Positions 25,672 to 38,218 of a stretch of DNA of 64,000 bases are shown piece after piece; position 1 is the stretch's first letter, and each line of letters opens with the position of its first letter. The DNA lies in contig CAJINV010000017.1 of NCBI GenBank assembly GCA_905178155.1, forward strand, positions 488,722 to 552,721, given 5' to 3'. The position numbers and the translations under genes are program-made. The notes under the pieces were generated by a model. The model saw only the letters and a list, made by a program, of their open reading frames with translations, had not been told where the DNA came from and made no database searches. This stretch comes from Amoebophrya sp. A120. Taxonomy: Eukaryota; Protista; Dinoflagellata.

Positions 25672-27692
25672 ATGAACCACTCGCGGCGAGCGCTCTTCGC
25701 TCGCGTACCGCCGCGGCTTCAGGCATCACACCCGAGACCGCGAGTCCCGACGGCGATATGGTCTCCCGCCGCAGGACCGGTACGGAACAAAGAGGGTACT
25801 TCTGCCAGTTCTAGTTCAGGCAGAACCACTTCCCCCTTCGCGGCAACCCCGTCAGCCTCCTCCACAGCGAAACGCTGGTTCGCCGCAGTGTCCGCGGTGC
25901 CGCAGCCCAGCAGTGACATTTCCTGGGCCGACATCGGTTTCGGGCTAAACCACAAGGAAAAGACGAAAATGATTGTCGTCACGGCGAAACTATCGGATAA
26001 CGGGTGGGAGAAGAGCAAGATCGAGGTAAAGCCGTACGGTCCGCTGTCCCTGGAGCCCTCCGCGACAATCATCAATTACGGGCAAGGACTGTTTGAAGGC
26101 GTGAAAGCGTACCGAACCGTGAACGACCGCATCGTGGTTTTCCGCCCCGAGAAAAACTCAGACAGACTGGCGAGTGGGGCGAGAGCGTATTGAATTGATG
26201 CACATGATAATATTAGACCTTGCTTTGACGTCTGCCTCTGGGTAAACTCCTTGTCGCGGATTTGAGTAGTAGTTCTTGTCGTTGTCTGGATGTGTATTGT
26301 GATTATTCTGTGTTACATGAACATGATCGAATGATTCCGGTGAGTTTCCAAACTTCACCACAGACTTTCCATGCCGCCGGTCCCGACGGAGTTGTTTCTC
26401 GAAGCGGTTGCCGCCTCGGTGACCGAAAACGCGGCGCTTGTCCCCCCACTGGGCAAAGGGTCCCTCTACCTCCGCCCGATTCTCTTTGGGAGCGGGCCGG
26501 GGTTGGGCGTGTCACCGTCGACGGAGTATCACTTTTTGATCTACGTTTCCCCGGTCGGCGAGTACTTTAGCGGACCCGCAGCAACGCAAGGGGCGAGAAT
26601 GAAAATCGAGCGGGATCACTCCAGAGCGGCACATAACGGTACTTTCTCTTCGTGGTGTTTCTTTGCTTTTGCGGTTTTGCCTATCATACAGCGTATGTAG
26701 TTTCATGGGGGTCAGCATATCATGAACATGGGTGACTCGTCCCGTAAAAGAAATGCACGAGGAATTTGTTGAGAGGAAGCTACTAACTGTAACTTACAGG
26801 GAACGGCGGCACAAAGGCAGCGGGCAACTACGCACCGTGTTTCAAATATCAGAAGCAAGCCAAGGAGGAGGGCTACACCGACATTATTTACATGGACAAC
26901 TGCAACGGCCAAACCGCAGAAGAGGTCGCGTGCGCAAATCTTTTCGTTGTCACGAAGGACAAGATCTGCACTCCGCCGCTGGGACGGATACTGCCCGGAG
27001 TCACGCGGATGACGGTATCGTTTCTGCTATGCTGGATTATTATGAGCTTCGCGACTTCCTTTGTGTAAAGTCATGCGTAATACTATGCATGGATCTGCTC
27101 CACGATTCAGATTATGGGCACGGTGCCTATCCTAAAACAAACGATTCCTGTTTTTCGCAAATCATTCGTGTTTTAAAGCGAGACAGAAATAATCCGTCGA
27201 ATGAATCAACACACGACAGATCATGCAGCTCATTCGGGAGATGAAGGACCAACTTAACGGTCGCGAGCTGGTTGAGGGCGACGTCACAATGAAGCACTTT
27301 GCAGAGGCCGAAGAGGTGTTTTGCAGCGGCACCGCTGCGGTCATCAGTCCCATTTGCCACGTTGGGGAGAGCGTCGAAGGGAGTAAGCACCAGTACAACT
27401 ACAAGCCAATGGTAAGAGCCCGACATTCCATCTTGTCATGCTTGATATAACCTGCATCTGCCGTGAAGAAAGTTTATTCGATTGCAACTATCACAATTTT
27501 TTTAATTTTTGTTTCCTGCGTCTTCGTCCTTTGGCTTTTCCCAATGTTGAAAGAAGTAACGAACACAATCAAAAGGGCCCCGTCACCACGCTGCTCCGAG
27601 AGACGCTAACGGGAATCCAAGCTGAACGACTACCAGATGCGCATAATTGGCTTCGCAACCCCTTCGACTTGGACGCTTTCCGGCGCGTGTGA
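25672..27692 (+). CDS. BCAT: Branched-chain amino-acid aminotransferase, probable mitochondrial presequence
   Basis: NYGQGLFEGVKAY, LYLRP, GGTKAAGNY (PLP-binding Lys), ILPGVTR, EVFCSGTAAVISP. GT-AG introns 26187-26363, 26639-26799, 27015-27219, 27412-27575. Confidence 0.95.
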
Positions 27693-29935
27693 GATATTAA
27701 TTCTGCATTTGTCGTGTTTACTACGTCGCGTCTTCCAATGTTGTCAACTGTAAACTTTTTCATAAAGAGCGAAAAACTTTTCGCGGCTACAAAGTGACCA
27801 TTTGACACCTCGCTTTTTGGAATGTAGTGTGACCCTAGAGTTTTTCAAATTCAACTGTGGATCGTGCATTTTTCATACCCTTTATTAAGTAGCGTGGACC
27901 AGCACTATTTGGTTTCTGTTGATTTTGAGTTGCGCCATCCACTTGTTTCGTGTACGATTAATTTTTTCAACTTTCTCGATCTTCGGTACTCATCGAAGCG
28001 CAGTTTATTTACAAGAACCAACTTGATGTCGCTGTATAAAACAAGTAGTTGCTTGCCGACTCATCTCGACAGGCTTGCTACTTCTTGTGTAAAGTGTAAT
28101 ATATTCATACATTTTATTTCAACACTGAGACTGATCCGTTCTTGTGCAATCATTCATTTTATTCTGCAGTTTTTTACTCACACATGTGGTCTTGGTCTCC
28201 TCTCCATTCTCATTCATAGGCAGTTTAGGCTCGACTTCTGCCTGGCCAAGGCATGTTGTAGTGGGCGAAACCTTTCCTACCAGACGAGGCAAGAAGAGCG
28301 GTGCGCACTACGCGCGGAAATGACAAAAACTGCAAAACTCTCATCTACGGAAGTGTATGCGTTTGGAATCTGTCGGCATGGGCAAGGATGTTTATCTTCT
28401 ACGATTCTTGTTGTGTTGTAAACAGAGAGACATCAGTTACAAAGAAGATTCATGCATCACTAGTCCACACAAGCGGAAGCGCCGAGCGGGCAGCGACAAC
28501 GAACCAACTCGCTATTGTGGCTCTCGGCACGGCCGCTTCCAGAAGTACACATTGAAGATATGTATCCTTGCCGTGCTGCCTCCGCATTTTCCGTGCATAG
28601 GACACTCTCCAGGGATGCTAGCGGCAGGAACCCTTCCCTACCCGAGCGAACCGACGACAAGGACATACTCTCACTGCTGGCGCAGCAGAAGGCCCAGGAG
28701 AAACAGGCTGCCGCTGCGGACCAACGGGCAGAGGACAAAAAACCAGCGGCGGTGAAGAAGGAACCCGTGTCGGCTTCAAGCTAGAAACGGTCCTCCCGTC
28801 GGTGGAAAAGTCGTGCTATATCTCGCACTCCATGTTGTTGATGTAAGTATCTTGCGCTTGCGCAGCACATCAGCCTAATAGAGTAGCAGTACATTAGTCC
28901 GTTCGAAATCGAGTCGAAGACACCAAGTTTTGAATTTGAGAAGTTTTGTCATAGATCTGATCAGTACAACAACTCCGCTTCAGTGCCACTGGGTAGTGAC
29001 CGCCACATCCACTGCGCCACGCATCAAGTACATAACTACCTACCTACAGAGCCACAAATCAAAGAATGTAAAAACAAAACTCTGTTGTCCCTATCACGGG
29101 ATGCAGATTGATCCATCGTATAAGTTTTACCCGCCCTATTGACGATGTGTATTAAATCCTTCCTCTACAACAACGCCATCAGACCGCGTATTGATTTTCT
29201 ATGTGTGACTGGGACAGAAGACGCAGTACCCCCCTGGGCCAGGCCGTTTTTACCGTTTCGTCGGGTAAAACTCAACTCCATACCACAAAGATTCGTTTCG
29301 AATTTCCACTTACTTACATCGCTTCTAGTAGCTCAATCGGCCAACAACAACGTAGGAAGAGGAACCATTGCTATAAAAATGAAAACAACGTACTTACATC
29401 TTTACTAAACGGGCTCACTCCCTCGATGAAAGCAAGAATCCTCAAAGAACTTTACTTTAGCTTTCCCTTCCACTTCGTATTAGCCTTTCTTTGGCTGCAC
29501 TACAGCCACGGTCAATTTACACGAACTGAATGTCGCAGATGAAAGAAACAAGAATGATGAGCTTCCTTTGAAAAAGTGCTTCCCTGCTGTAGATATGCTT
29601 GGGAACGTAAAAATATAGTGCTTTGTTAATGTCGCGCTTGGCCGCTTCGGCACCAACGCGTTCCTTACGGGATAGATTCCAAGTTCTTCCCTACGTGTCT
29701 TCGTTTTTTTGTGGCAAGTGCTTCAGGAGGTCCGTTTTTTCATGTCGCTCCGCATGCAGGTGGGCCGACGTTTTCTTTTTGCGGAGAGATCTGTAGCGAT
29801 GAAGAGAGCCTGGAGGCAAAAAAAGAGAGATAGCATGTTTATGCTCCGTTTTGAATTATATAGCGCGATTGTTATAAAGATAAACGGTGGAGTGAAATTG
29901 TTTTCGTTAACGATTAAGCCCAATTCAGTACTATC

Positions 29936-32083
29936 ATGTTGGAGTTCATCAAGCCAGCCGGGTGCTTCGGGTCGTCATCTCCCCTAGTGGAGAGCACTTC
30001 GTCCGACGACCAGCAGGCGAGCAAAACTTCTCCTGGAATCAACACTTCGAGTCGTGCAAACGAGCATTACAAGGTGTATTCCCTCCCGCCGATCGACGCG
30101 GAGAAGGGTTTGTCCGCGTATGTCGGCATCTGCAACTGGTACAAGGCAGAAGATCTACAGCCGATTTTCTCCACGACCGGCGCTGGTGCTGATGGAAATT
30201 ATGCTAGTGGTGATAGTACAACTCCCTTGATCAGTGCCGTCAAGCAGGCGACGAAGGATCTGATAACGCGCTACCCCACGTTGGCAGGCCGGATACGGAA
30301 GAAGCGAGTTAATTCATCTTCATCTGCTCCAGCTGCGGGTCAATCTCAATCGCAATCCTCAAAAACCTTTTTTCCAAGTCTCAGCACCTATTTGAAGCAG
30401 AACGTTCTGAAAACGGAAAATTTGGAATTGGTTCTAGACGAGAAGACCGCGTCCGTGGGATTTCTCGCGTTTCTACAGATCGACAAAGCGGTGATCAATG
30501 AGGAAACTTTGAAGGACTGCTTGAGCACAAACACCGGCATCACGCGCGACGCTTTCCTGAAAGCGACGGCGACGAAGCGAGATCCAGGCGGGTTTTTTCC
30601 CTACATGAGCAACGACGTTGTGGATCGAGAGGACATTCCGCTGGTTTACGTCGTTGTGGGCAAAACCGAAGACAGAAAGTTTTTTGGAATTACCTTGCTG
30701 GTACGATAAAAAAATCTACCTTCACTGCTTCTGCTGTTCGTGCCGAGAAGCTCTTTGTCATTGTAATTCCGGTGGCGCAGCCTTCCAGCATTAGAGATCT
30801 TGTTATTTCTGTTTGAAATTATCATGCAGTACTTTCACGAGCAGGACATGATGCAAACGGAAACGCGCATGATCTTAGGCAACACCATACTGCTCATCAA
30901 ATGAATATGTAACACTGTTTCATAATGACCCCCCTAGGTCAACCACTACATTTGCGACGGCAGTAGCTATTTCCGCCTGTTAAAAGAGTTCGACGAGCTG
31001 CTCTGGACGACCACAAGCAGGAGCCAAACCGCAGCAAAAAGTGCCACGCCGGCTACAAGCACTGTCCCCCGACTCCACTTCTTCAGCTGCCATCCGGTGG
31101 GGAATCTTTTGCTGGACAAGTGCATAGCATCGGAAGACCACGACGGCGAAACAGCAACTCCAACGAAAGACAAGCCTGGCTCTTTACGTTCTTCTTCTTG
31201 CAGCCTGGCCCCGAAACTCCCGGCCGGCTTGGATTTTCTGTGCGATTTTGCGTTGGCGCAGGTCCGCGACCCGGAGGACTACCGGTGTGTGCTGATCAAG
31301 CTGGACGACCAAGATTTGGCGAAATTCAAAAAGCTCGCGGAGGCGTCGAAAAGCGATCCGAAGACGATTATCTCCACCAACGATGCCTTGTTCGCGCTCT
31401 CGTTGGAGGAGGACACGAACCCGGCGGAAACGGTCGCGATCGCGTTCCCCATGGACCAACGAGGCGTCTACCCCGAACTGTCCGACATGCTCGGGAACGC
31501 GACGCGCACGGTACGAAAAAATCTGAGGAAGGGCGACTTGAAAACCGTCGAATCGATCCGGGCCGCGGTGAAAAACCGCCCCAGTGACCCGTTGTACGTG
31601 TTTCAAGATTTGCTGAAGCCGCTGCTTTTCACCGCCGGTGCGGGGTTACTGCAGAAAATTTCCCGGCTGCTCATGTGCGGCAAGGCGAACAACGGAGAGA
31701 GGTCTGCCTCCCCGACTCCGACGGGACGTAGTACCTCCTCGTCCACCTCCTCATCTTGCTGCAAATTGCCAGTCACTCTGCAGCATGTTTCCTGGGTGAA
31801 AGTGCAGTATTTCCCGAAGAATTGCCTGTGTCAAAAGCCCATCCAGCTAGACAACGACCCGAGGCTGGTGCTCAGGAAGGTGCACCACCACGGATCCTTG
31901 TTCACCCAGTTTCAGCAGAAAAAATTATCCGGAGAGAAAACAAGCGCAGAAAACTTGTACACGCTACGGTTCTGCCACAGGAAGGAAGTGGTAGACAAAT
32001 TGCTGCGGAAGCTGGAAAAGATCAAGGACGTTCGTGGTGGTAGTGGTGGTGAGAAAAATGAGTGGTATGTCGATATCAACTGA
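29936..32083 (+). CDS. BAHD/transferase-family (HxxxD) CoA-dependent acyltransferase
   Basis: YPTLAGRI; catalytic NHYICDG just after GT-AG intron 30701-30937; ISTNDALFAL; DQRG...GNA. No DFGWG motif. Confidence 0.75.
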
Positions 32084-33075
32084 AGATCTTATTGTGCAGG
32101 AACAGTATGAGAAGCAGCTCTAGTATATTTTGCGTTTCGATGGTTGTGTATATGAATTGATGTCTTCTTCATGTTCATAGTCGCAATGGATGATCTTCTA
32201 CAACATGATCACGCAGAAGTTTTCACGCTCACTGCAAGGGTACAACAGCTACTATCGGGTGAGTATGAGCTTCTTGCACGATCGAACATAAGAATAGTTT
32301 GCAGAAACAAACTGCAGATCATTGAAAGTTCAAGCGACAACAAGCAGCCGCGCAGACGAAATTTCGCCTGTGCTTGTTCGTCGTAAAAATTTCGCTGCTA
32401 TTGCTTAGCACTCTCCGTGTGTGTCTTTGTAGGCTCAATAGAGTTCCCTTCTTCCACCTTGTCGTTTCACGAAACATCGGTATCAGCTTGGTCGTTCGCA
32501 TTTTGTGCCCGCATTAAGTAAACGTCATATCAGGCACATCATCTTCGCCATCGGTGAATCGTCCTTCGTGCAGGTGTAGCCTTATTTTCACCAGTCGGTG
32601 TCGTGTGCTACACTCGTTCGCACCGTCACTAGGTACTGTGTCACTCGTTCAACCGTATTGTCAATCGCCGTAGCCGCGTGAATGTTCGTCCGTGTTTAGT
32701 GTTTCCTCGTAGGACAGAACGACCTGGAAGCTATGGTGTACTGGTTTCATCTATGTCTTCGCGCTAACTTGTTTTTACGATTTCCAGTTGTGCAGTTCTT
32801 TGAACTTCAAAAACACGACGTCAGGTTTCCCCTGCCTACGATTATCCGTCTATTTCCCACCTCCTCTGAGTCTCGAAGTTATGGACTTGAGTCTTGATGT
32901 TAAATAGACACAACACCACCAATTGTTAGTCACCCTCACGACCCCTGCAGTTCCAATGAAGATGATGAATTAACCTGCAAAATCTTCATCTATCACCAAC
33001 AACACACCCCGCAACACCGGGCGTCCAAGAACGTCAACCCCATTTATTATACCCATCCAAAAAATATAATTAAAA

Positions 33076-36000
33076 ATGCACCCCACCGCTTGGCCCCAGT
33101 TTCTCCGCAAGTCCCAGGTGGCCGGGAACGACATCAATACGAACGGCAACGGGCCCCCCAATTCTGCTTCCTCCTCGGGCACTGACCAAGCGGGATGGCA
33201 GAAGGAACGACTGGAAGTCCCAAAGCGGAAAACCGGGCCGAGCATGCTGGAACTGCAGGGCCGCAAACCGCGGAGTTCCAGCGTGGAGGTGCGGTCCGCT
33301 CTGTTTCCCGAGGACAACAGCGAGATGAACGTGCGGCGGAAAAGTGCGACGGCACAACGCCGTCGAAGATCTGGCGATTTGCTTTCTGGGATCATGGAGT
33401 ATGATCCAAATGAAGTAGATCTTTACGAGAAGGCGAAGACTTTGCAGATGAATCAAAATCCAGGACAAAAGAAGCCAAAGAAGCAAGCCGTCGTGGTCCA
33501 GCCGGAGGGGGAGACGAAGTACTACTTCCCGGATTGGTTTGCCGGACAGAGCAGCTCCAATTCGAGTGGGGAAGAGGTGGTTCTTGCTGCGAATAGAAAC
33601 ACCGCTACTCCTGTGGGGCTCAACAGTCCACCTCTCGTTGTCGAACCAGCCTTGGCAGCGGACAGAACTCCCCCGCCGCCTCTCAGCCCGGACAACACGA
33701 ACGCTTTCCGCAGCGCGAAAGAGATCATCCGAGAGAAGGAAAACAAGATGAAATCTGTGTTGCAGCAGCAGAAAGTTCTGTCCGCTTTTCAAACATCAAA
33801 GTCCACAGCCTTAGACAAGGAGAAAAAGCAGAAGGAAGTCGCCGAGAAGCTCGCGAAGAAAGCCGCGCAATCCGCAGTTTTGTCGGCGCGCAAGAGCTTC
33901 GGCGGGATGGCAGCAGCCGTCGCAGAGCAAGCGAAGAAGCGTGTTCAGGAGGCCGCACAAACTTCTGCGACGGGAGCAGTCGTTGGGAACAGAAGTACAG
34001 GAACGTCAAACAATATTGACAATACCTTCGGTCAATACGCATCTGAGGCTATGGTGACAGCTGCTGTGGTGCCGACAGCGCGAGACGAGAAAAATGAGCT
34101 CAAGCAGAGGGAAAGCCAAAGTTTTGAAGAGTTTGCGGGTCGAATCAGGAAGAACAAAGGGTGGAACACCGTTCGAAAGGAGGTTCTGCCCGCGACGTCA
34201 ATGTTGGCAAGATTGAGGAACCTCAAAAGCGACCGGAAGTTGACAAAACTTTTGTCTGAAGAGCGCGACCTCCAGGACCGCGACCATGGCGGGGACTACG
34301 AGTCTCTTCCTGGACAGCTGTATCCTAGCGCTGGCATCGGAGTGGCTGGCGTTCCCGTTCAGCCGAGGCTGTCTGCCGCGGAAAATAGTGCTGAAAATAG
34401 CCAGTTTCAAACCTATGGGGAGCCACAAGCTGTTCGCCAGAGCCACAACAGAATCATCAGAGACGCTTCTATTCGAGAAGAGGAAAATAGTAGTCCTACG
34501 GCGGAAACGAGAACCGCAGCTCGTATGTCCGGCAGCGCTGTCGGGCAGAAAACGCGACTGTCAAATAAGCTGCAGCCCGCATCTGCCCGCGCTAGCTTGG
34601 ATTATACGGGAAATATCGCGGTAACAGACCGTCAAATAAGGGGCGCGTCAGTACGCAGCAGTGACTTTGACTTTCCTGTGAGCCCCCGCTCTTCGAACAG
34701 AGCCACTCAAGTTACGGACGACCCGGTTTTCCAGGTGAGCTTTTGGGAGGGCATCCGGGAGAAGTTACGCACGGGAAATTTGAGCAAAGAGTTGAAACGC
34801 ACGATGACGCCGCCGTTAAGCCCGGATGTTGCTACAAGGGCTAGTGCTGCGGAGAGAGCGGCTGGGACGTCATTTCGGGGCGAGGTAGTACGAAATCGAG
34901 GGAGTGGAAGGAGCATGAATGGCGCAAGTGGGCCTATGCCTATGGCGGGACAAGATGAATCTACTTCCGGTAAGAAGGCAAGGAGAAGCAGTAGAATCAG
35001 TCGTGATGGAGGTGCATCAGCTGCACCGCATGAGCGAGAAGCTCAGCCATCAAACAAGAAGATCTCCACGACATCTTGCGTTTCAGACACGGTGTCTGCA
35101 GCTTTGCTCCCTCCGAAAGCCAAGCAGGCGCACGGTGGAAAAAGGGGCAGCAGAACCGCGAGGGAAAGACCTGTCAAAAAGGATAGAAGGCGAGAAGATG
35201 ATGTTCTTGAGAACTTTGACAGCGCGTCCGCCTCCTCCGCATCGTCGTCCTCGTTTGCTGCAAGTGGCTCTAGTACCACGTCAATTCCCGTCGCACGGCC
35301 CGGAGATGTTGCTGAAACGACATGGCGACAGAAGATTTCGAACGAGATCACCAAAGACGCCAAGATGCTCTATGAGTGGACAAGCAAGGCCATGCAGAAC
35401 GTCACCGCGAAAGTGGCGGTGATTCACGAAGAAAGGAGGTCGAAGGAATCAACAAGCGCGGCGAATGAGTTGCAAGTTGCGGTTGATAGGGATGACGCAG
35501 TCGCAGAGGTAGAGGTGGAAAATTCCGTCGCGAATAATAACGCAGGAACGAAAGCCAAAAATACAGCAGCTGATCATGATGTTGCACCGCGAAGCGGAGC
35601 GGCCACTTCGGCTCTGCAGGCCTTGATGAACAAATATTTGACCACTCCTGCTGCAACAGTAACAGAACAAAAGCAAAACGAAAACACTGTCGTGGAAGAG
35701 GAAAACAAGCCAAGGCGAAGCACTGCTTGGACGGCGGCAAAGGCGAAAGCCATGGGCGCGGTGGACACGCTGCCCGGGTTGCGAGATTCTGCAAGCAATT
35801 TGACCTCGGTGGAGAAACTCCGAGGTGGACCCAAGCGCGCTAGTGCGGCACAACTTCCAGTGGAAAGAAGTAGTGCGAATTCGAATGGAACCGCTCCTGG
35901 TCGTAGCAGTTCTCCATCCCGCACTGATGTGTCCCCTTCCAAAATGCGCGCAATGATGCTTCTGTCCAAAATAGCCTCGTCCTCGAGGATGGACGTAGAG

Positions 36001-38061
36001 AAGAACGACAACGAGGTTATTGTTGATAATGATGCTCCACAAGAAGAAAAACGACTCACCTCTTCTCCTGGTGCATCCGGCGAGCGTGTTTCGCGAAATG
36101 AGAGGACATCACAGGAGCAGGTGGAGAGGTTGTTGCCATCAAACGCGAGAACTTCTCAAGCAAGCGAGATAGTTGCCGGGATGAACAATGAAGATGATCA
36201 AGACGTCGACCGCGTCTCCGAAGAGCCGCTGGACCAACAAGTCAACCCACTGCAGGCTTTGATGCAGAAGTACAAGGTCGCGAGGGCAGCCTCGGCGATA
36301 CCGGGGTCCTTGCCCGCAACAACAGTGCCAGTATCATCTTCTGCACAACAAGAAACATCCCCACAGGACCCCGACATCGACCCGAGCGCAGCGCCCTTCC
36401 ACAGCCCGAAGAACTCGTCATATCCTGCGGACAACGAGGAGAACCTGTACGACCTGGAGGTGGGCAGTCTCCCCAGCAGACGTCTCGGGACTAGTCTCGT
36501 GACCTCTGAATCTGTCCTGGTAGACATCCAGCCGAAGGACAACGAGGATTTTGTCCTTGTGAAGAAACGCCTCGCGCCGGACTGGGTCTCGAGCAACGGC
36601 ACCACGGCGGCAGAAGTGAACCGAATTCTCGATTTGGCCGACGAAAAGGAAGAGCGGGAGGCCATAGAAGCGGCGAAAGAACTGCTTTTACTGAAAAAAA
36701 ACACCACCGCCTACAACATTCTTGCAGCAGCAAGTGCTGGTGCTGCGGAAAATAAGAGCACGACGCCGAAGAAAAAACACCGCTCGCGAGAAGATTTCTC
36801 CCCTTTCAAGCGCACGGGAGTCGTCGCTGTTGTGGGAGATGATGAAAGAGGAGAAGGCACCACGGAAGCTGCTCCTGAAGACCAAACTGATCCAGAGGCA
36901 GAGGCAGATGAAAATATCGTAGCAGCAAAGACATGGCAAGGCAAGAGCTACGGCAAAAATGTTTACCCGACGAACCAGCCACTGGTCCAGCCCGCCGGCT
37001 TTGAGTACAATCTGACTGCTGCCCGAGCGAAGCAAAAGGACTTTCAGCGTAAGGTCGTGTATGAAAATCTCTTATCCACCACCTCATCGGACGACGCAGC
37101 TGAAGGCAGTGCTAGCAATTCCAGCAGCACGTCAGCTACGGATCACGACAGACAAAGAGAAAAAGCAGGGGTTTCTGTCGCTAGGTACTACGACAATCAA
37201 TCTTACCCGATCATTTATAACGGAGATCCGAAAAATTCTAACAATTCTACACGAGGTCGAGGCCGCAGCGTGGAAAGCAAACGGTCCCGTTCGCCTGAGC
37301 AAGAACGTGCGAAAGAGGATTATTTCTTGCGGAAACTGAAAGAAGTAGAAGACCAGTACGAACGAACGCACTCGCCCTTCTCCCGCATGGTGCCCGGGAA
37401 GTCGCCGAAAAACCTGCACCGAAAACTGAATGCGGACCGGAGAACGCACGTAGAAAACCTGCTGTATCCGGGTTTCGATGTGCATGGGAAAAAGAAGAAG
37501 AACAATTCCGCTGACGGCGCAGAAAGCCCTAATATCAAAAGCAGGTTCTTTGAATCAGAAAGTGGGAGCCTAAATCTTTTCGGTAGGACGCCGGGAGCAT
37601 GGTCGTACGAAGAAGAGGGTCGTGAAGCCGGTGTGCTCCAGAACGCAGTAGACGGGATTACCCTTACCGGGAAGATCACGGACAGGAAGACGACGAGGAG
37701 GAGCCTGATGAAGAAAAAGCAGGACAATAGGAATAGCAGCCTGTATGATGACGGTGAAATAAAAGCCGGCCGTCAGAGCAGTGCCACTTCGGTGGACACA
37801 ACAGTACTACAGCGGCAAGGGACAGCACAGATCGCGAAAAGCGACTCTCTGAACGTCATTGCGGGGATTCTTGGAACTGAGAATGGGAATGACGAGGAAG
37901 AGCACGATTGGGAAAAGCACATCCCGGAGTTAGAAAACCTCGTATCCAGCTTGTCCGAAGATGACCCAGCACTGCAAGTGGTTTTGTCAATGCTGCAAAA
38001 CGCGCGGGCTGTGGTGGCGGAGGAGGAGGAAGTGGAGGAAGATATGGACGACGAGGGCTGA
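33076..38061 (+). CDS. Intronless 1661-aa low-complexity, probably disordered hypothetical protein
   Basis: 4,986-nt uninterrupted ORF from ATG, rich in S/A/E/K/R. No recognisable domain. Confidence 0.75.
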   Translation: MHPTAWPQFLRKSQVAGNDINTNGNGPPNSASSSGTDQAGWQKERLEVPKRKTGPSMLELQGRKPRSSSVEVRSALFPEDNSEMNVRRKSATAQRRRRSGDLLSGIMEYDPNEVDLYEKAKTLQMNQNPGQKKPKKQAVVVQPEGETKYYFPDWFAGQSSSNSSGEEVVLAANRNTATPVGLNSPPLVVEPALAADRTPPPPLSPDNTNAFRSAKEIIREKENKMKSVLQQQKVLSAFQTSKSTALDKEKKQKEVAEKLAKKAAQSAVLSARKSFGGMAAAVAEQAKKRVQEAAQTSATGAVVGNRSTGTSNNIDNTFGQYASEAMVTAAVVPTARDEKNELKQRESQSFEEFAGRIRKNKGWNTVRKEVLPATSMLARLRNLKSDRKLTKLLSEERDLQDRDHGGDYESLPGQLYPSAGIGVAGVPVQPRLSAAENSAENSQFQTYGEPQAVRQSHNRIIRDASIREEENSSPTAETRTAARMSGSAVGQKTRLSNKLQPASARASLDYTGNIAVTDRQIRGASVRSSDFDFPVSPRSSNRATQVTDDPVFQVSFWEGIREKLRTGNLSKELKRTMTPPLSPDVATRASAAERAAGTSFRGEVVRNRGSGRSMNGASGPMPMAGQDESTSGKKARRSSRISRDGGASAAPHEREAQPSNKKISTTSCVSDTVSAALLPPKAKQAHGGKRGSRTARERPVKKDRRREDDVLENFDSASASSASSSSFAASGSSTTSIPVARPGDVAETTWRQKISNEITKDAKMLYEWTSKAMQNVTAKVAVIHEERRSKESTSAANELQVAVDRDDAVAEVEVENSVANNNAGTKAKNTAADHDVAPRSGAATSALQALMNKYLTTPAATVTEQKQNENTVVEEENKPRRSTAWTAAKAKAMGAVDTLPGLRDSASNLTSVEKLRGGPKRASAAQLPVERSSANSNGTAPGRSSSPSRTDVSPSKMRAMMLLSKIASSSRMDVEKNDNEVIVDNDAPQEEKRLTSSPGASGERVSRNERTSQEQVERLLPSNARTSQASEIVAGMNNEDDQDVDRVSEEPLDQQVNPLQALMQKYKVARAASAIPGSLPATTVPVSSSAQQETSPQDPDIDPSAAPFHSPKNSSYPADNEENLYDLEVGSLPSRRLGTSLVTSESVLVDIQPKDNEDFVLVKKRLAPDWVSSNGTTAAEVNRILDLADEKEEREAIEAAKELLLLKKNTTAYNILAAASAGAAENKSTTPKKKHRSREDFSPFKRTGVVAVVGDDERGEGTTEAAPEDQTDPEAEADENIVAAKTWQGKSYGKNVYPTNQPLVQPAGFEYNLTAARAKQKDFQRKVVYENLLSTTSSDDAAEGSASNSSSTSATDHDRQREKAGVSVARYYDNQSYPIIYNGDPKNSNNSTRGRGRSVESKRSRSPEQERAKEDYFLRKLKEVEDQYERTHSPFSRMVPGKSPKNLHRKLNADRRTHVENLLYPGFDVHGKKKKNNSADGAESPNIKSRFFESESGSLNLFGRTPGAWSYEEEGREAGVLQNAVDGITLTGKITDRKTTRRSLMKKKQDNRNSSLYDDGEIKAGRQSSATSVDTTVLQRQGTAQIAKSDSLNVIAGILGTENGNDEEEHDWEKHIPELENLVSSLSEDDPALQVVLSMLQNARAVVAEEEEVEEDMDDEG

Positions 38062-38218
38062 AAATAGTCCTGCAACTGCAAGGCAAGAAAGCTCTAGACG
38101 ACCGCGGGACAGCTGATGAATTCTACTTTCGGGTCGGTGTGGCTCTTCGAGAAAAGAAAGAAGGTAGGAAGTGATTGATGTGTGCCGTGGCTGTCAACGA
38201 CCAGGTTCTTGAGTTTCT

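Noticed and set aside
32668-32675. CCGTAGCC, the start of the dinoflagellate spliced leader
   Set aside because: Only 8 nt match; the ATTTTGGCTCAAG continuation is absent.
38108-38195. CTGATGA plus a 10-bp stem upstream of retrotransposon 1 (hammerhead- or SECIS-like)
   Set aside because: No GAAA core after stem II and no stem III. A SECIS reading needs a bulge, lacks the apical AA, and there is no selenoprotein candidate. An Infernal search would settle it.
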